51,537 bases of DNA from a virus (IMGVR_UViG_3300043907_000016:1-51537), one strand, 5' to 3'; positions 8,959-17,476 are shown, numbered from the stretch's first letter. Notes: generated from the sequence alone by a model not told the origin. Numbers and translations are program-made.

Positions 8959-11340
8959 TCAGGTCCAGCCTTTACTGGATGCTTGAACGATCGAGCGAGC
9001 CCTGGTGGGTCTCAGACCGTTGCGCACCCTCATGCACAAATACTGAAGAGCGTCGTGTGGATGCGAAAAAGCATCCTTGACGGGACGGTCCCTGTATCGT
9101 GCAGCGCCTGAACTCTTCACGCGCTCATACCGGTAGCGACCATTGAATCCTTTGCGAAGCGTCGAGCAGCTCGGGTCGAGTAACAACCCAGGTCCTCCGT
9201 CAATCATTCGCGTCAGGAAGAATGCAACCGATTCTCGCCGGGGTATCCAATCATTGGTTGCCGCCGGTTCGGTTGGGATGCCCAGCTCGAGCAGCTCCTG
9301 GAGGCAGGTGCGCTCGTCGGTCTGGGCGCGGATCTGGCCGGCAGGGTCGCCTTCCGAGAACCGTTGAAAGCCGTTGTACTTGTTGGTCAGGATCGGTCGG
9401 ACAATGTCGGACGTGAACTGACGGATACCCATGTCCTCGGAGATGATCTCTTCGAGAATGACCAAGCGCCCATTGGGCATCTGCTGACCGATGATGCAAG
9501 CTGGGGTAAGACCAAAGTCCCAGCCCAGGATGATGGGCAGACCGCGGACTGGCTCCAGCTTCTTGTCAGAAACATGGACTCGATCGTTCCACTCCGGATA
9601 GACGGGCTTGCCGTCTGACGTCGTCCCGTAATTGCCCATCAGGAAGACGTTGACCCAGGTGTCTTGTTTGCCACCCAACTGACGCAGGTAATACTCGTGG
9701 CCGCTGGGAAGGTTGTCGATGTTCTCGGCGTCGGGGTTGGGATGGTAGACTCCGTCCTCGTCCCGATACAAACCGCCAGGCTGACGGAAAAACTTCCAAC
9801 CCTTGGGTGTTTCCATCTCAGCGATCTGGTAGTACCAGTGGTCGTCGTCCGGCGGGTTGGTGTCCATGATCACACCGGTCCAGCTCGGGCCACCCTTGAG
9901 CTTTGATGGGTAGCGACCCACACGCTGGGTACACATGTCAAAGACCGCCTTGGAGATTTCTGATGCCTCGTTGATCCACACGCCGGTAAGTTCCAAAGAC
10001 CGTAACTTTCCGGTGTCTAGTTCTGAGTCCAACGCCAGGAAAATGACCTCAAGCTCCATGGCGGTGCCGTCACCGATATCGTCAATGCGCATGGTCGAGG
10101 TGATCGGGGTATCCCAGCGGATGGGCGCTACGTTCTGCGGAAACCAGGTTTGCCAGGTCTTGATGGTCGTGGACTTCAGCTCGGGATAGGTGTTTCGGAT
10201 GATGGCCCATCTGGATCGTCTGACCCCGTCGTACCAGGGTTGTTGCTTGCAGGCTCGCATGACGATCTCGGCGCAGCAGGAAGAGGACTTGCCAGAATTG
10301 CCGGTGATGAACACCGTGCCCTGGCATCGCGCCACAAAGAAACCTGTGGAAGTTGTGAAGCAATACTTCCAGCCATCTTCTGGCTCAAAGCGGCTGATGC
10401 GCGTAGAGTCGCAGCGCACCATTGCATTGTTTTTTACGCTGTCAGCAATCCGGATGCTGACCGTGTAATTGGTTTTCCAATTGCTGTTGTGGACATCGGC
10501 TTTGATCGTGGCGCGGTAGCCGCAAGCGTGAGCGGCGTACTGGATCGCATCAGCGTTTGCTGGAACAGTGGTGTAGTAGCGCCGTTCAGCATGGTTGTGA
10601 AGACCATCCCAGTGCAGGCACTCTTGAATCACAACATCCAACTGCCGACTTGATAGCGACCAGACAAACGCCAAAGACTTGTCGGGGTCTCCGTAAGGCC
10701 ATTGAAATCTCAGGCAATACTCTGAGGCGCCGCCTCGGTCGTACTTGGACTCAGAAGCAATAACGCCGCATTGATCTAGCATCCATCGCAGGCGCTCAAG
10801 CTTGCGCGGTTTTCTGACCGTGACACTGACCTGATTGCCGGATTTGGGAATGTGCCCATCGGCAGAAAGCATGACGCGCAACCGAATCTCATCGTCGCTC
10901 ATTGGCGAGTCTTGTGCCGCCAACAGGAACGTGGTCGGGATGGTGTGCTTGCTTGGCTTGTTTGCCAGTTGCTCAGCGGTTTTGACCACCCGCTCGCCTT
11001 TCCAGTCATGCGCCAAAACTCTGTGCTCAGGCGACAGCTCCATCACCAAAGAGCCGCTGTCAAAGCGATAGAAGGGCGCCGCGGCTGGTAGCTTTACGTA
11101 CTCGGCGGCTTCGTATTTGACGAGCCCATCCGACCAAACTGCGACCTGGTCGCCTTCTTGGTAGGAATCAATACGCTTCCATCCTGTCGGGGTGAGGAAC
11201 TCGGTATCTGCTGGCAGACAACCGACAGGCCCCATGATTCCACGTACAAAGGAATGGTCGTTATGAAAGCTGGCTGCGTTGGGTCCTGGCGGGTAATACG
11301 TGACCAGCCCGTCGTCATGTTCGACAACCTCCGTGGTCAT
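8959..11340 (-). CDS. terL: Terminase large subunit, intein-containing
   Basis: Split Walker A GPVG|SGKS, Walker B-like VWINEA, coupling motif DTNPP, nuclease motifs GWDFG and HPHDALQY. Confidence 0.95.
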   Translation of the reverse strand: MTTEVVEHDDGLVTYYPPGPNAASFHNDHSFVRGIMGPVGCLPADTEFLTPTGWKRIDSYQEGDQVAVWSDGLVKYEAAEYVKLPAAAPFYRFDSGSLVMELSPEHRVLAHDWKGERVVKTAEQLANKPSKHTIPTTFLLAAQDSPMSDDEIRLRVMLSADGHIPKSGNQVSVTVRKPRKLERLRWMLDQCGVIASESKYDRGGASEYCLRFQWPYGDPDKSLAFVWSLSSRQLDVVIQECLHWDGLHNHAERRYYTTVPANADAIQYAAHACGYRATIKADVHNSNWKTNYTVSIRIADSVKNNAMVRCDSTRISRFEPEDGWKYCFTTSTGFFVARCQGTVFITGNSGKSSSCCAEIVMRACKQQPWYDGVRRSRWAIIRNTYPELKSTTIKTWQTWFPQNVAPIRWDTPITSTMRIDDIGDGTAMELEVIFLALDSELDTGKLRSLELTGVWINEASEISKAVFDMCTQRVGRYPSKLKGGPSWTGVIMDTNPPDDDHWYYQIAEMETPKGWKFFRQPGGLYRDEDGVYHPNPDAENIDNLPSGHEYYLRQLGGKQDTWVNVFLMGNYGTTSDGKPVYPEWNDRVHVSDKKLEPVRGLPIILGWDFGLTPACIIGQQMPNGRLVILEEIISEDMGIRQFTSDIVRPILTNKYNGFQRFSEGDPAGQIRAQTDERTCLQELLELGIPTEPAATNDWIPRRESVAFFLTRMIDGGPGLLLDPSCSTLRKGFNGRYRYERVKSSGAARYRDRPVKDAFSHPHDALQYLCMRVRNGLRPTRARSIVQASSKGWT
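10297..11220 (-). mobile_element. Intein (308 aa) with probable LAGLIDADG homing endonuclease
   Basis: Begins CLPADTEFLTPTGWK, has block B SPEHR, LAGLIDADG-like motifs VMLSADGH and CLHWDG, and ends VFITGN followed by +1 Ser. Removing it restores GPVGSGKS. Confidence 0.93.
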
Positions 11341-11576
11341 TGCGGCTTGGGAAGGTTGGCGTTCAGATTGAACGTGATGCCCTGGGCGCCAGTCTCAATC
11401 TTGACGTCAGAGAGGTTGGGCAACGACTTGTCCATCAGAACTTTGATGGCCTGAACCTGTTGCGAGGTGAGCTCCACCTTGCCCATGGCGCAATCGGTCA
11501 GCCGATTGATGAGCGTGGAAACTTGAATCTTTTTTCGGACGTCGTCCTGGTGAGTCTTGCGAAGTCGTGCTGCCAT
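11337..11576 (-). CDS. terS: Terminase small subunit
   Basis: MAARLRKTHQDDVRKKIQVSTLINRL...LMDKSLPNL; GAGG RBS at this ATG; ATGA overlap with terL. The ORF-track start at 11666 is probably too long. Confidence 0.75.
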   Translation of the reverse strand: MAARLRKTHQDDVRKKIQVSTLINRLTDCAMGKVELTSQQVQAIKVLMDKSLPNLSDVKIETGAQGITFNLNANLPKPQ

Positions 11577-11611
11577 ATCAACCTCATACCTGCCGTTGGT
11601 GGCATGGGCTG

Positions 11612-11624
11612 ATTTTCGTTGGGG
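11612..11624 (-). promoter_or_regulatory. Late-strand motif CCCCAACGAAAAT upstream of terS
   Basis: Identical 13-mer at 50958-50970 and 51415-51427; variants at 4123-4135 and 43117-43129. Confidence 0.55.
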
Positions 11625-11829
11625 ATTTGGAATGGCACCTTGACGGGTGCCAGTCGGCCAGGTCACACAAGGAAGGAGCGTCCCGTGGGGAATCAGCCCT
11701 GGCCCTGGCTGCGGACGTTACGCGCCACCTTCCGCTGGGCGCCTATGGCAATGCCATTGGATGCAGTGTGACTGGTGTTCCAGACAAACAAATCAGGGAC
11801 AACCCTTAAAAAGTTGGCATAGTCCTTGC

Positions 11830-12268
11830 AAATATAGATATACAAGATACAGATATATATCAATGTATACCGGTATCTATCGATGTATATCGTTACCGAT
11901 GTATATTTCTACATCTATTTCTCATACACACCCGGTCTTAAGACAAAGGGTGTGTATGAGAAGGAAATATAGATAAAAAAACACCGGTATATACCGTTCG
12001 ATATATACCGGTTCTTTGTATATCGGTTGTATATCGGTATACATTGGATACCGGTATACATAGATATATCTATATATACTATATATAGTCTATATACATA
12101 AATATATCTATATATACTATATATAGGTATACATAAATATATATACTATATATAATCTATACGGTATACATAGATATATATATACTATATATAGTCTATA
12201 TGGTATACATAGATATATCTATATATACTATATATACTATATATAGTCTATATATAGACTATATACAG
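11830..12268. repeat. AT-rich non-coding tract: large imperfect inverted repeat plus five degenerate tandem units
   Basis: TTCTCATACACACCC (11919-11933) pairs with GGGTGTGTATGAGAA (11948-11962); CAATGTATACC (11861) pairs with GGTATACATTG (12036). Five (GG)TATACATARATATAT..TATATACTATATATA units start near 12053, 12093, 12126, 12163 and 12202. Confidence 0.9.
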
Positions 12269-12270
12269 AG

Positions 12271-12534
12271 TCATTGACCGAGTTTTACCTTCTCTGCCGC
12301 CACGGCGAAGGTCTTGAGGAGCTGTTCCACCAGCTTCATCATGTCCTCAACCCCACCAAACTCCCGCAAGTCCAGGTCCGACTCAAAAAAATGGGGTTCA
12401 CCGTACAGCATCACGCTCCCAGACAGCTTCACCAGGTGCGGAGCATCGATGATTTCGCTCTCTGGGCGTATTTCAACTTGTTTCAACGGCTCAAACTGGT
12501 TCAAAAACGCCTGCATTTCGTGGGCTCGCAGCAT
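12271..12534 (-). CDS. Hypothetical protein
   Basis: MLRAHEMQAFLNQF..., AAGGAG RBS before ATG 12534. Confidence 0.7.
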   Translation of the reverse strand: MLRAHEMQAFLNQFEPLKQVEIRPESEIIDAPHLVKLSGSVMLYGEPHFFESDLDLREFGGVEDMMKLVEQLLKTFAVAAEKVKLGQ

Positions 12535-12719
12535 TGATCGCTCCTTGTTGGTAAAAAACAAAGCATAACCGGGGTCCCATAAGCCCCCGTAGGAGCGATT
12601 TTTTGGTCCGGTGGGCACCTACCCCTACCCCCACCCCAGAAAACGCAGCCAAGGCCCGATTTAACGGCTCTGCGCAGGGTTCGGAATTGAGATCCGACCC
12701 TTGGGTTTGAAAAAACGAC

Positions 12720-12809
12720 CCTCGGACGTGGGGTCAAATATGCACTATCCCCCCTCGGACGTAGGGCTAGACATCAGATAGACCTCGGACGTGGGATCAG
12801 ATATGCACT
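12720..12809. repeat. Three direct repeats CCTCGGACGTRGG
   Basis: Copies start at 12720, 12753 and 12783; copies 1 and 3 extend through TCARATATGCACT. Confidence 0.85.
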
Positions 12810-13089
12810 GGAGTCCTCATACCCCCCGTACCTCACGGCTGAGTCCACCCTAGGGGTAGACCAAACCTCATGCGAATACCCGTACTGATGGTTAATCCGT
12901 CACACATCAAGCAGAAACAATGGTTTGCGTGACGTTTGTGCTAAAGATGTGATGTCGCTTCGCCTTCCCCTCTGATGAGGGAAGGCTTCACTTTCCCTTT
13001 TTTTGTGAGCATTATTTTGCGTACGGAATTGATCTCGTATGCATTATTTTGCTCACCCCTTGATTTCTCGAACATTTTTGGAGCTGACC

Positions 13090-13260
13090 ATGTTCAAACA
13101 TCACTTCACTGCTTTCTTTGCACTCAAGACCTTCATCTGCCTCGCTGGCTACCTCTACGGTGTAGCTGTTCTCGGTGTCGAGAGCTCAACTTTGCTTATC
13201 GTTGCTGCTCTCTCGCTCGCCTTCACGCCTGTTATGGCTTGGTTGGAGGCACAGCAATGA
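13090..13260 (+). CDS. Small early membrane protein
   Basis: GGAG RBS; MFKHHFTAFF..., two hydrophobic stretches. Confidence 0.6.
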   Translation: MFKHHFTAFFALKTFICLAGYLYGVAVLGVESSTLLIVAALSLAFTPVMAWLEAQQ

Positions 13261-13349
13261 ACACTCTGCACAAATTGCTAGACGTTGTGCTCGCCCTCAC
13301 AATCGGCGTTGGTTTGGCCTTACTTCTCGTTTCTTGGTGGTCATCGTGA
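13257..13349 (+). CDS. 30-aa single-TM peptide
   Basis: ATGA-coupled; MNTLHKLLDVVLALTIGVGLALLLVSWWSS. Confidence 0.55.
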   Translation: MNTLHKLLDVVLALTIGVGLALLLVSWWSS

Positions 13350-13519
13350 AGCGCGGTGAAGCGGTCACCTGCCCCAAATGCAAAGGGACAGGCATCTATC
13401 GCCAGCTTGGCAAGTGTTTCACCTGCCTTGGCTCTGGTGTCATGAACTACCGCGATTGGAAGCGCTGCCAAGCCTATTGCGATCGTCAACCCATCCCGCG
13501 GCAGCGTACTTTGCTCTGA
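13346..13519 (+). CDS. Small DnaJ-type zinc-finger protein
   Basis: GTGA-coupled; CPKCKGTG...CFTCLGSG (CxxCxGxG twice). Confidence 0.65.
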   Translation: MKRGEAVTCPKCKGTGIYRQLGKCFTCLGSGVMNYRDWKRCQAYCDRQPIPRQRTLL

Positions 13520-13649
13520 GCTGGGATCGCTGCTTGCGCCCCTAACGGGGGGCGCAATCCGCTCTTCTTTGTTTCTGGATGTCTTCGGGCGTCTGTTCCC
13601 TTGTTTGCTCTCGTGTTCCTTTGTTCAACTCACCCTTCAGGAGAAAACC

Positions 13650-14045
13650 ATGTCTATCGCTCAAACCGTTGCCAATCCCGCTGCTCCTACCGCTGCTCAG
13701 ATCCAGCGTTTAGTTGCCCTTGGCATCAACACTGTCCCTTCTACCCGTTCTGAGGCTTCTCAGGCCATCTCTGCTGCCATCGCTCAGCGCGATATGCAGC
13801 CAGCGACCCTGGCCCAGATCGGTCGTGCTGCCGCTCTCGGTGGCCGTGACCTTCCCGGCGCCGGCGTGCGTGAGAAGTCAACCCAGATCTATCTCCTGGA
13901 AGCTCTGGTCGTCTTTGACAACGCCGAACCAGGTGAACAGTCCAATGAGGCTGCTGAGATGCTCATCGCCCGCGTGCGTGAGCGTCTGGTCAAACCACTG
14001 CGCGTGACCATCACCGCTCCCAAGGCTGAGGAAGCGCCGCTGTAA
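13650..14045 (+). CDS. Early protein with two P(A)TxAQ...LG repeats
   Basis: AGGAG RBS, GCT/CGT-rich codons, followed by a terminator hairpin. Confidence 0.75.
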   Translation: MSIAQTVANPAAPTAAQIQRLVALGINTVPSTRSEASQAISAAIAQRDMQPATLAQIGRAAALGGRDLPGAGVREKSTQIYLLEALVVFDNAEPGEQSNEAAEMLIARVRERLVKPLRVTITAPKAEEAPL

Positions 14046-14057
14046 CCACATCGCAAC

Positions 14058-14093
14058 GATCGGGGCTGGTTCGCCAGCCTCGGTCTTTGTTTC
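14058..14093 (+). terminator. Probable intrinsic terminator
   Basis: GATCGGGGCTGG-TTCG-CCAGCCTCGGTC followed by TTTGTTT. Confidence 0.7.
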
Positions 14094-14131
14094 ATATCCC
14101 GATCACGGACCAATCATTCCACGGAGGCTAT

Positions 14132-14488
14132 ATGCCCAACACCATTGATCTTGAATCCCAGCTCAGCCAGTTCATTGGCACTGAGCATTACCACTTTAAT
14201 CCGCTGTATTCCTGGATGCAGTACACCGATGGCGTGAAGTTCTTTGCCGAGAACGCTGGCGCGTACTGGTTCCTGGACATTCTTGGCACTGAGCTGATGA
14301 GCAAGGTGCGCAAAAACCCGTTCATGTCCATCACGATGGACGTCAAAGACGGAACAGCCAACATCATCGTGACCGATGGCAATGACGGCCATGTCTGGTC
14401 ACGCAAAGAGATCTACACCGACTGCCCTGCCGGTGAGTGGCGCTTTTTCCTGACCAGCAAGGTTTTGATGCTTACATCCGAGTACTGA
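14132..14488 (+). CDS. DUF6876-like early protein
   Basis: GGAGG RBS; F.GTE.YH, YTDGVKFFAE.AGAYWFLD, YTDCP and VLML.SEY motifs. Confidence 0.7.
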   Translation: MPNTIDLESQLSQFIGTEHYHFNPLYSWMQYTDGVKFFAENAGAYWFLDILGTELMSKVRKNPFMSITMDVKDGTANIIVTDGNDGHVWSRKEIYTDCPAGEWRFFLTSKVLMLTSEY

Positions 14489-14500
14489 AAGGAGTACCAA

Positions 14501-14755
14501 ATGCTTATCACTCGCACCAGCCAGGCAACTGGCATCACTCGCTCGATCGATTTGCCTGTCACCGAACAGCAGCTGATCCTGTACGCAACCACCAGCGCCC
14601 TGATCCAGGACGTGTTTCCCAGCCTCAGCGATGACCAGCGTGAGTTCATCATGACCGGAATCACCGCCGAAGAATGGGATGAGATCCACGCCGAGTACGA
14701 GCAGTACAGCTACGAGCAAGACGTTGGGAGCGAGTTCGATGATCTACCGTTCTGA
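14501..14755 (+). CDS. Hypothetical early protein
   Basis: AAGGAG RBS; LIQDVFP.LS.DQREFIMTGIT.EEWD, a motif common in phage proteins. Confidence 0.75.
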   Translation: MLITRTSQATGITRSIDLPVTEQQLILYATTSALIQDVFPSLSDDQREFIMTGITAEEWDEIHAEYEQYSYEQDVGSEFDDLPF

Positions 14756-14990
14756 TCGCGTGAAAGAAAACATCCTCATCAGCGACGACCAAGCCGCCCT
14801 CTACCTCATCCGAAAGGGGGCCGTGCGTGAATCACATGTTCAGCTTCTGTACACGGCGCTCAAGGATCTGCTTGAGATGCCTGAATACGATGGCACCCGA
14901 ACCACCAGTCAGGTGAGATTGCGTGCCAAAAATGCAGCAAAGCGTGCCTTGAAGGCAGTAGAGAAAGGCGAGTATGAAACCGATAGTTAA
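14739..14990 (+). CDS. Hypothetical early protein
   Basis: Fills the gap in the operon; start position uncertain. Confidence 0.55.
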   Translation: MIYRSDRVKENILISDDQAALYLIRKGAVRESHVQLLYTALKDLLEMPEYDGTRTTSQVRLRAKNAAKRALKAVEKGEYETDS

Positions 14991-15180
14991 CTTCCTGGGT
15001 AAGCCTATGTTTTTCGACTACAAGATTCATGATGCCGGTGAAAACATTCAGATGGCGCGTGTGTATGCACTCGATCATCCCAGGCTTGGAACTCAGACCG
15101 TCCGCACGTCCAAGATTGTTGCCACGTTCGATGACGGCAGTTTCGAGACCCTGAACACTATCTACAAACCAATCCGCTGA
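14974..15180 (+). CDS. Hypothetical early protein
   Basis: DHPRLG...VRTS.IV....FETLNTIY, a small beta-rich phage protein pattern. Confidence 0.7.
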   Translation: MKPIVNFLGKPMFFDYKIHDAGENIQMARVYALDHPRLGTQTVRTSKIVATFDDGSFETLNTIYKPIR

Positions 15181-15209
15181 TATCTACAACTGCTCGACTG
15201 ACACACAAG

Positions 15210-15234
15210 CCCCGCACGACGGGGTTTTTTATTT
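15210..15234 (+). terminator. Intrinsic terminator
   Basis: CCCCG-cacga-CGGGG followed by TTTTTTATTT. Confidence 0.75.
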
Positions 15235-15276
15235 CCATCAACAACTCACCACTCAATCATTCCGCGGAGAACAACG

Positions 15277-15630
15277 ATGAGCAACACAGAACAAGCAGAG
15301 CAGATCTTCCAATCTGCACGAGAAATGATGGACAGCATACGAGCTGTCAACGGAGAATCGTACGCACGAACAGTTGAGATGACACTCAACATTCTCAAGC
15401 TTCGCATGCTACTTCACAGCACGCTGAACATGGCACGAGAAATGATCGGAGATGAAAAATTGGAAACTGCATGGGACGCATGCAACAGGATCTTTGCCCA
15501 TGTGATTGCGCTTGACGCCAAGAACGCCGGCATCATGGATGAGGATCCATCCGAGCTTATCGATTGGGCGCAAAAGCTCCTCAAGATCGAAGAGCGCGGC
15601 GCTGAAAAGCTGCTTGGAGATGACGAATGA
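15277..15630 (+). CDS. Hypothetical helical protein (possible paralogue of 22817-23197)
   Basis: GGAGA RBS, 117 aa. Confidence 0.75.
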   Translation: MSNTEQAEQIFQSAREMMDSIRAVNGESYARTVEMTLNILKLRMLLHSTLNMAREMIGDEKLETAWDACNRIFAHVIALDAKNAGIMDEDPSELIDWAQKLLKIEERGAEKLLGDDE

Positions 15631-15716
15631 AAGATCAAGAGTTCAGAGCAATACGTAGACACGTCATTGCTCTATTCATCTGTGCCGTATTCATTTTCTT
15701 GTACGTTTGGATTTAA
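15627..15716 (+). CDS. 29-aa single-TM peptide
   Basis: ATGA-coupled; MKDQEFRAIRRHVIALFICAVFIFLYVWI (below the ORF-track length cutoff). Confidence 0.5.
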   Translation: MKDQEFRAIRRHVIALFICAVFIFLYVWI

Positions 15717-15720
15717 TCCC

Positions 15721-15882
15721 ATGAACACATATCACCTGCGCACATTCCGTCGCGCATTTGCAAACTATGACTGGACACGCAAGCAACGCCGTGTCTACGC
15801 CAAAAAATGGGTCACATGCATCCGCTATCTCGGCAGCAATTGGCTGATAGCACAGCCGATCTCCAATGCTTCTGCCTCCTGA
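15721..15882 (+). CDS. Small basic hypothetical protein
   Basis: MNTYHLRTFRR...KWV..IRYLG.NWLIA. Confidence 0.6.
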   Translation: MNTYHLRTFRRAFANYDWTRKQRRVYAKKWVTCIRYLGSNWLIAQPISNASAS

Positions 15883-16025
15883 GACCCCGCTCTTCCCCGC
15901 CTCTATCGAAGGCGGGGCTTCGCTTCTCTTCTTTTGATTCCTTGATTTCCGATCACTGATTCCTTATTCCCCTGATCTCCCTTCCATGACCCGCCTCGAG
16001 CGGGTTTTCTTTTTTTGGAGACCAA

Positions 16026-17465
16026 ATGGAACTCTACAACCTCCCTGTCATGCAGCGCTGGATGAAAGAGCCTGCTGACATTTTTGCCAAGCGTTTTCTT
16101 AAGCTCAACAAACTCAACACGCACGCAGCTGCAAATCTGATGATGTCATTTGCCAAGTCAATCAACTCCCTCGCGGGAAAGATTGGCGCAACAACCGAAG
16201 AAGATCAGAGACAAAAGCTGTCTGAGATGCGTCAGCAGATCTTCAACTTGGCATCTGTTTGCGCTGTCAAATGCTCACGCGATTCCGTCAACCGTTTTGC
16301 TGTCATTGTTCACCAAGTCAAGATCGAAAAAGCTCTTGGCTCAATGCGCAATATGATCAAATTGCGCCGCGTTACAAGCCTGCTCGAGGAAGCATACGAC
16401 AACAATGCATGCGAGGATTGGCTGCGCTCTCAAGTGGATATTGTTCGCTGTGACGATTGCGGTGATTTTGAATACAGCACAAAGATTATTAACACATATC
16501 ATGAAGAGTATGTCTGCCGCAACTGCGCAGAAAACAATCATCGTTTTTCCGAGTATTACCAACAGTACGTTCATAACGATCGATATCGTGAAGCTCGCAA
16601 TGCTGACGGCAGTTATGTTTTGATCGATGAAGACGATGACGATTTTGAATACAACGAAGATTCCGATTGCTGGTTCCATGTTGATTACGTTCCGCCAGAT
16701 CCCCCAACCATCGGCAGCTATCACTCCAGCAAACCTTATCAAAGCATAATCATCGATGAGTGGTCCAAGATAAAACATCGTTGGTTTGGCGTCGAGCTCG
16801 AGGTGGAAGTCAAAGATCATTCGATCGACAAGGAGTCCAAGGCTAAAGCACTCCACAAAATTATCAACAATGGAGAGCGTGGCAAACGTGTGTTCTTCGA
16901 GAACGACGGTTCTCTCAGCAACGGTTTCGAGATCGTCACTCAACCAATGTCATTGCCTGCTCATCACGATATGTGGCAGTTCTTGCGCGATAGAGATGCC
17001 GTGCGTTATTTGTTGTCACACAACACTCGTACCTGCGGCTTGCATGTGCATGTGAACAAAGACAACCTGACTCAGATCCAGATCGCCAAGATCGTTACGT
17101 TCGTCAACGATCCAATCAACGAGTCCATGATCCGTGCTATTGCTCGCCGTTATGCGGAAGGTTATTGCAAGATTAAACAAAAAGATCTTGCCAGCGCCCA
17201 TCAGTCCAGCGATAGGTACGAGGCAATCAATGTCACTCCTCGTCACACGATCGAGTTTCGCATCTTCAAGGGCTCGCTTAAGTACGAGTCGGTGATTGCC
17301 GCCATCGAGTTCTGCAATGCGCTGACTGACTTCTGCTCTTTGCCTTCGACCAACGATGCTGCGTCACTCAACGGTGACAACTTCATCGACTACATCAATG
17401 ACCAGGGCGCTGCCGAGACCACCGTGCTCCGTCCCTATATGAACGCCGTTCTTCAAACCGCTTAA
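16026..17465 (+). CDS. Amidoligase (glutamine-synthetase-like COOH-NH2 ligase) with N-terminal extension and CxxC region
   Basis: FGVELEVE, ENDGSL, GFEIVT, TCGLHVHV, RYEAIN and TIEFRIF motifs; CDDC...CRNC upstream. Confidence 0.88.
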   Translation: MELYNLPVMQRWMKEPADIFAKRFLKLNKLNTHAAANLMMSFAKSINSLAGKIGATTEEDQRQKLSEMRQQIFNLASVCAVKCSRDSVNRFAVIVHQVKIEKALGSMRNMIKLRRVTSLLEEAYDNNACEDWLRSQVDIVRCDDCGDFEYSTKIINTYHEEYVCRNCAENNHRFSEYYQQYVHNDRYREARNADGSYVLIDEDDDDFEYNEDSDCWFHVDYVPPDPPTIGSYHSSKPYQSIIIDEWSKIKHRWFGVELEVEVKDHSIDKESKAKALHKIINNGERGKRVFFENDGSLSNGFEIVTQPMSLPAHHDMWQFLRDRDAVRYLLSHNTRTCGLHVHVNKDNLTQIQIAKIVTFVNDPINESMIRAIARRYAEGYCKIKQKDLASAHQSSDRYEAINVTPRHTIEFRIFKGSLKYESVIAAIEFCNALTDFCSLPSTNDAASLNGDNFIDYINDQGAAETTVLRPYMNAVLQTA

Positions 17466-17476
17466 GGAAATCAATC

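Noticed and set aside
11647-11976. 109-aa + strand ORF entering the AT-rich tract
   Set aside because: Low-complexity Tyr/Ile/Arg translation of repeat DNA with no RBS.
12240-12265. 26-bp palindrome as a telomere-resolution site
   Set aside because: No protelomerase was recognised; the only tyrosine recombinase is a typical integrase next to a tRNA attP.
12720-12809. Possible mini-CRISPR array
   Set aside because: The period is only 30-33 bp, the intervening sequences of copies 1 and 3 are nearly identical instead of unique spacers, and no cas operon is present.
12963-12990. CTGATGA as a hammerhead ribozyme core
   Set aside because: No GAAA after a stem II; the word sits in the loop of a simple CCTTCCC/GGGAAGG hairpin.
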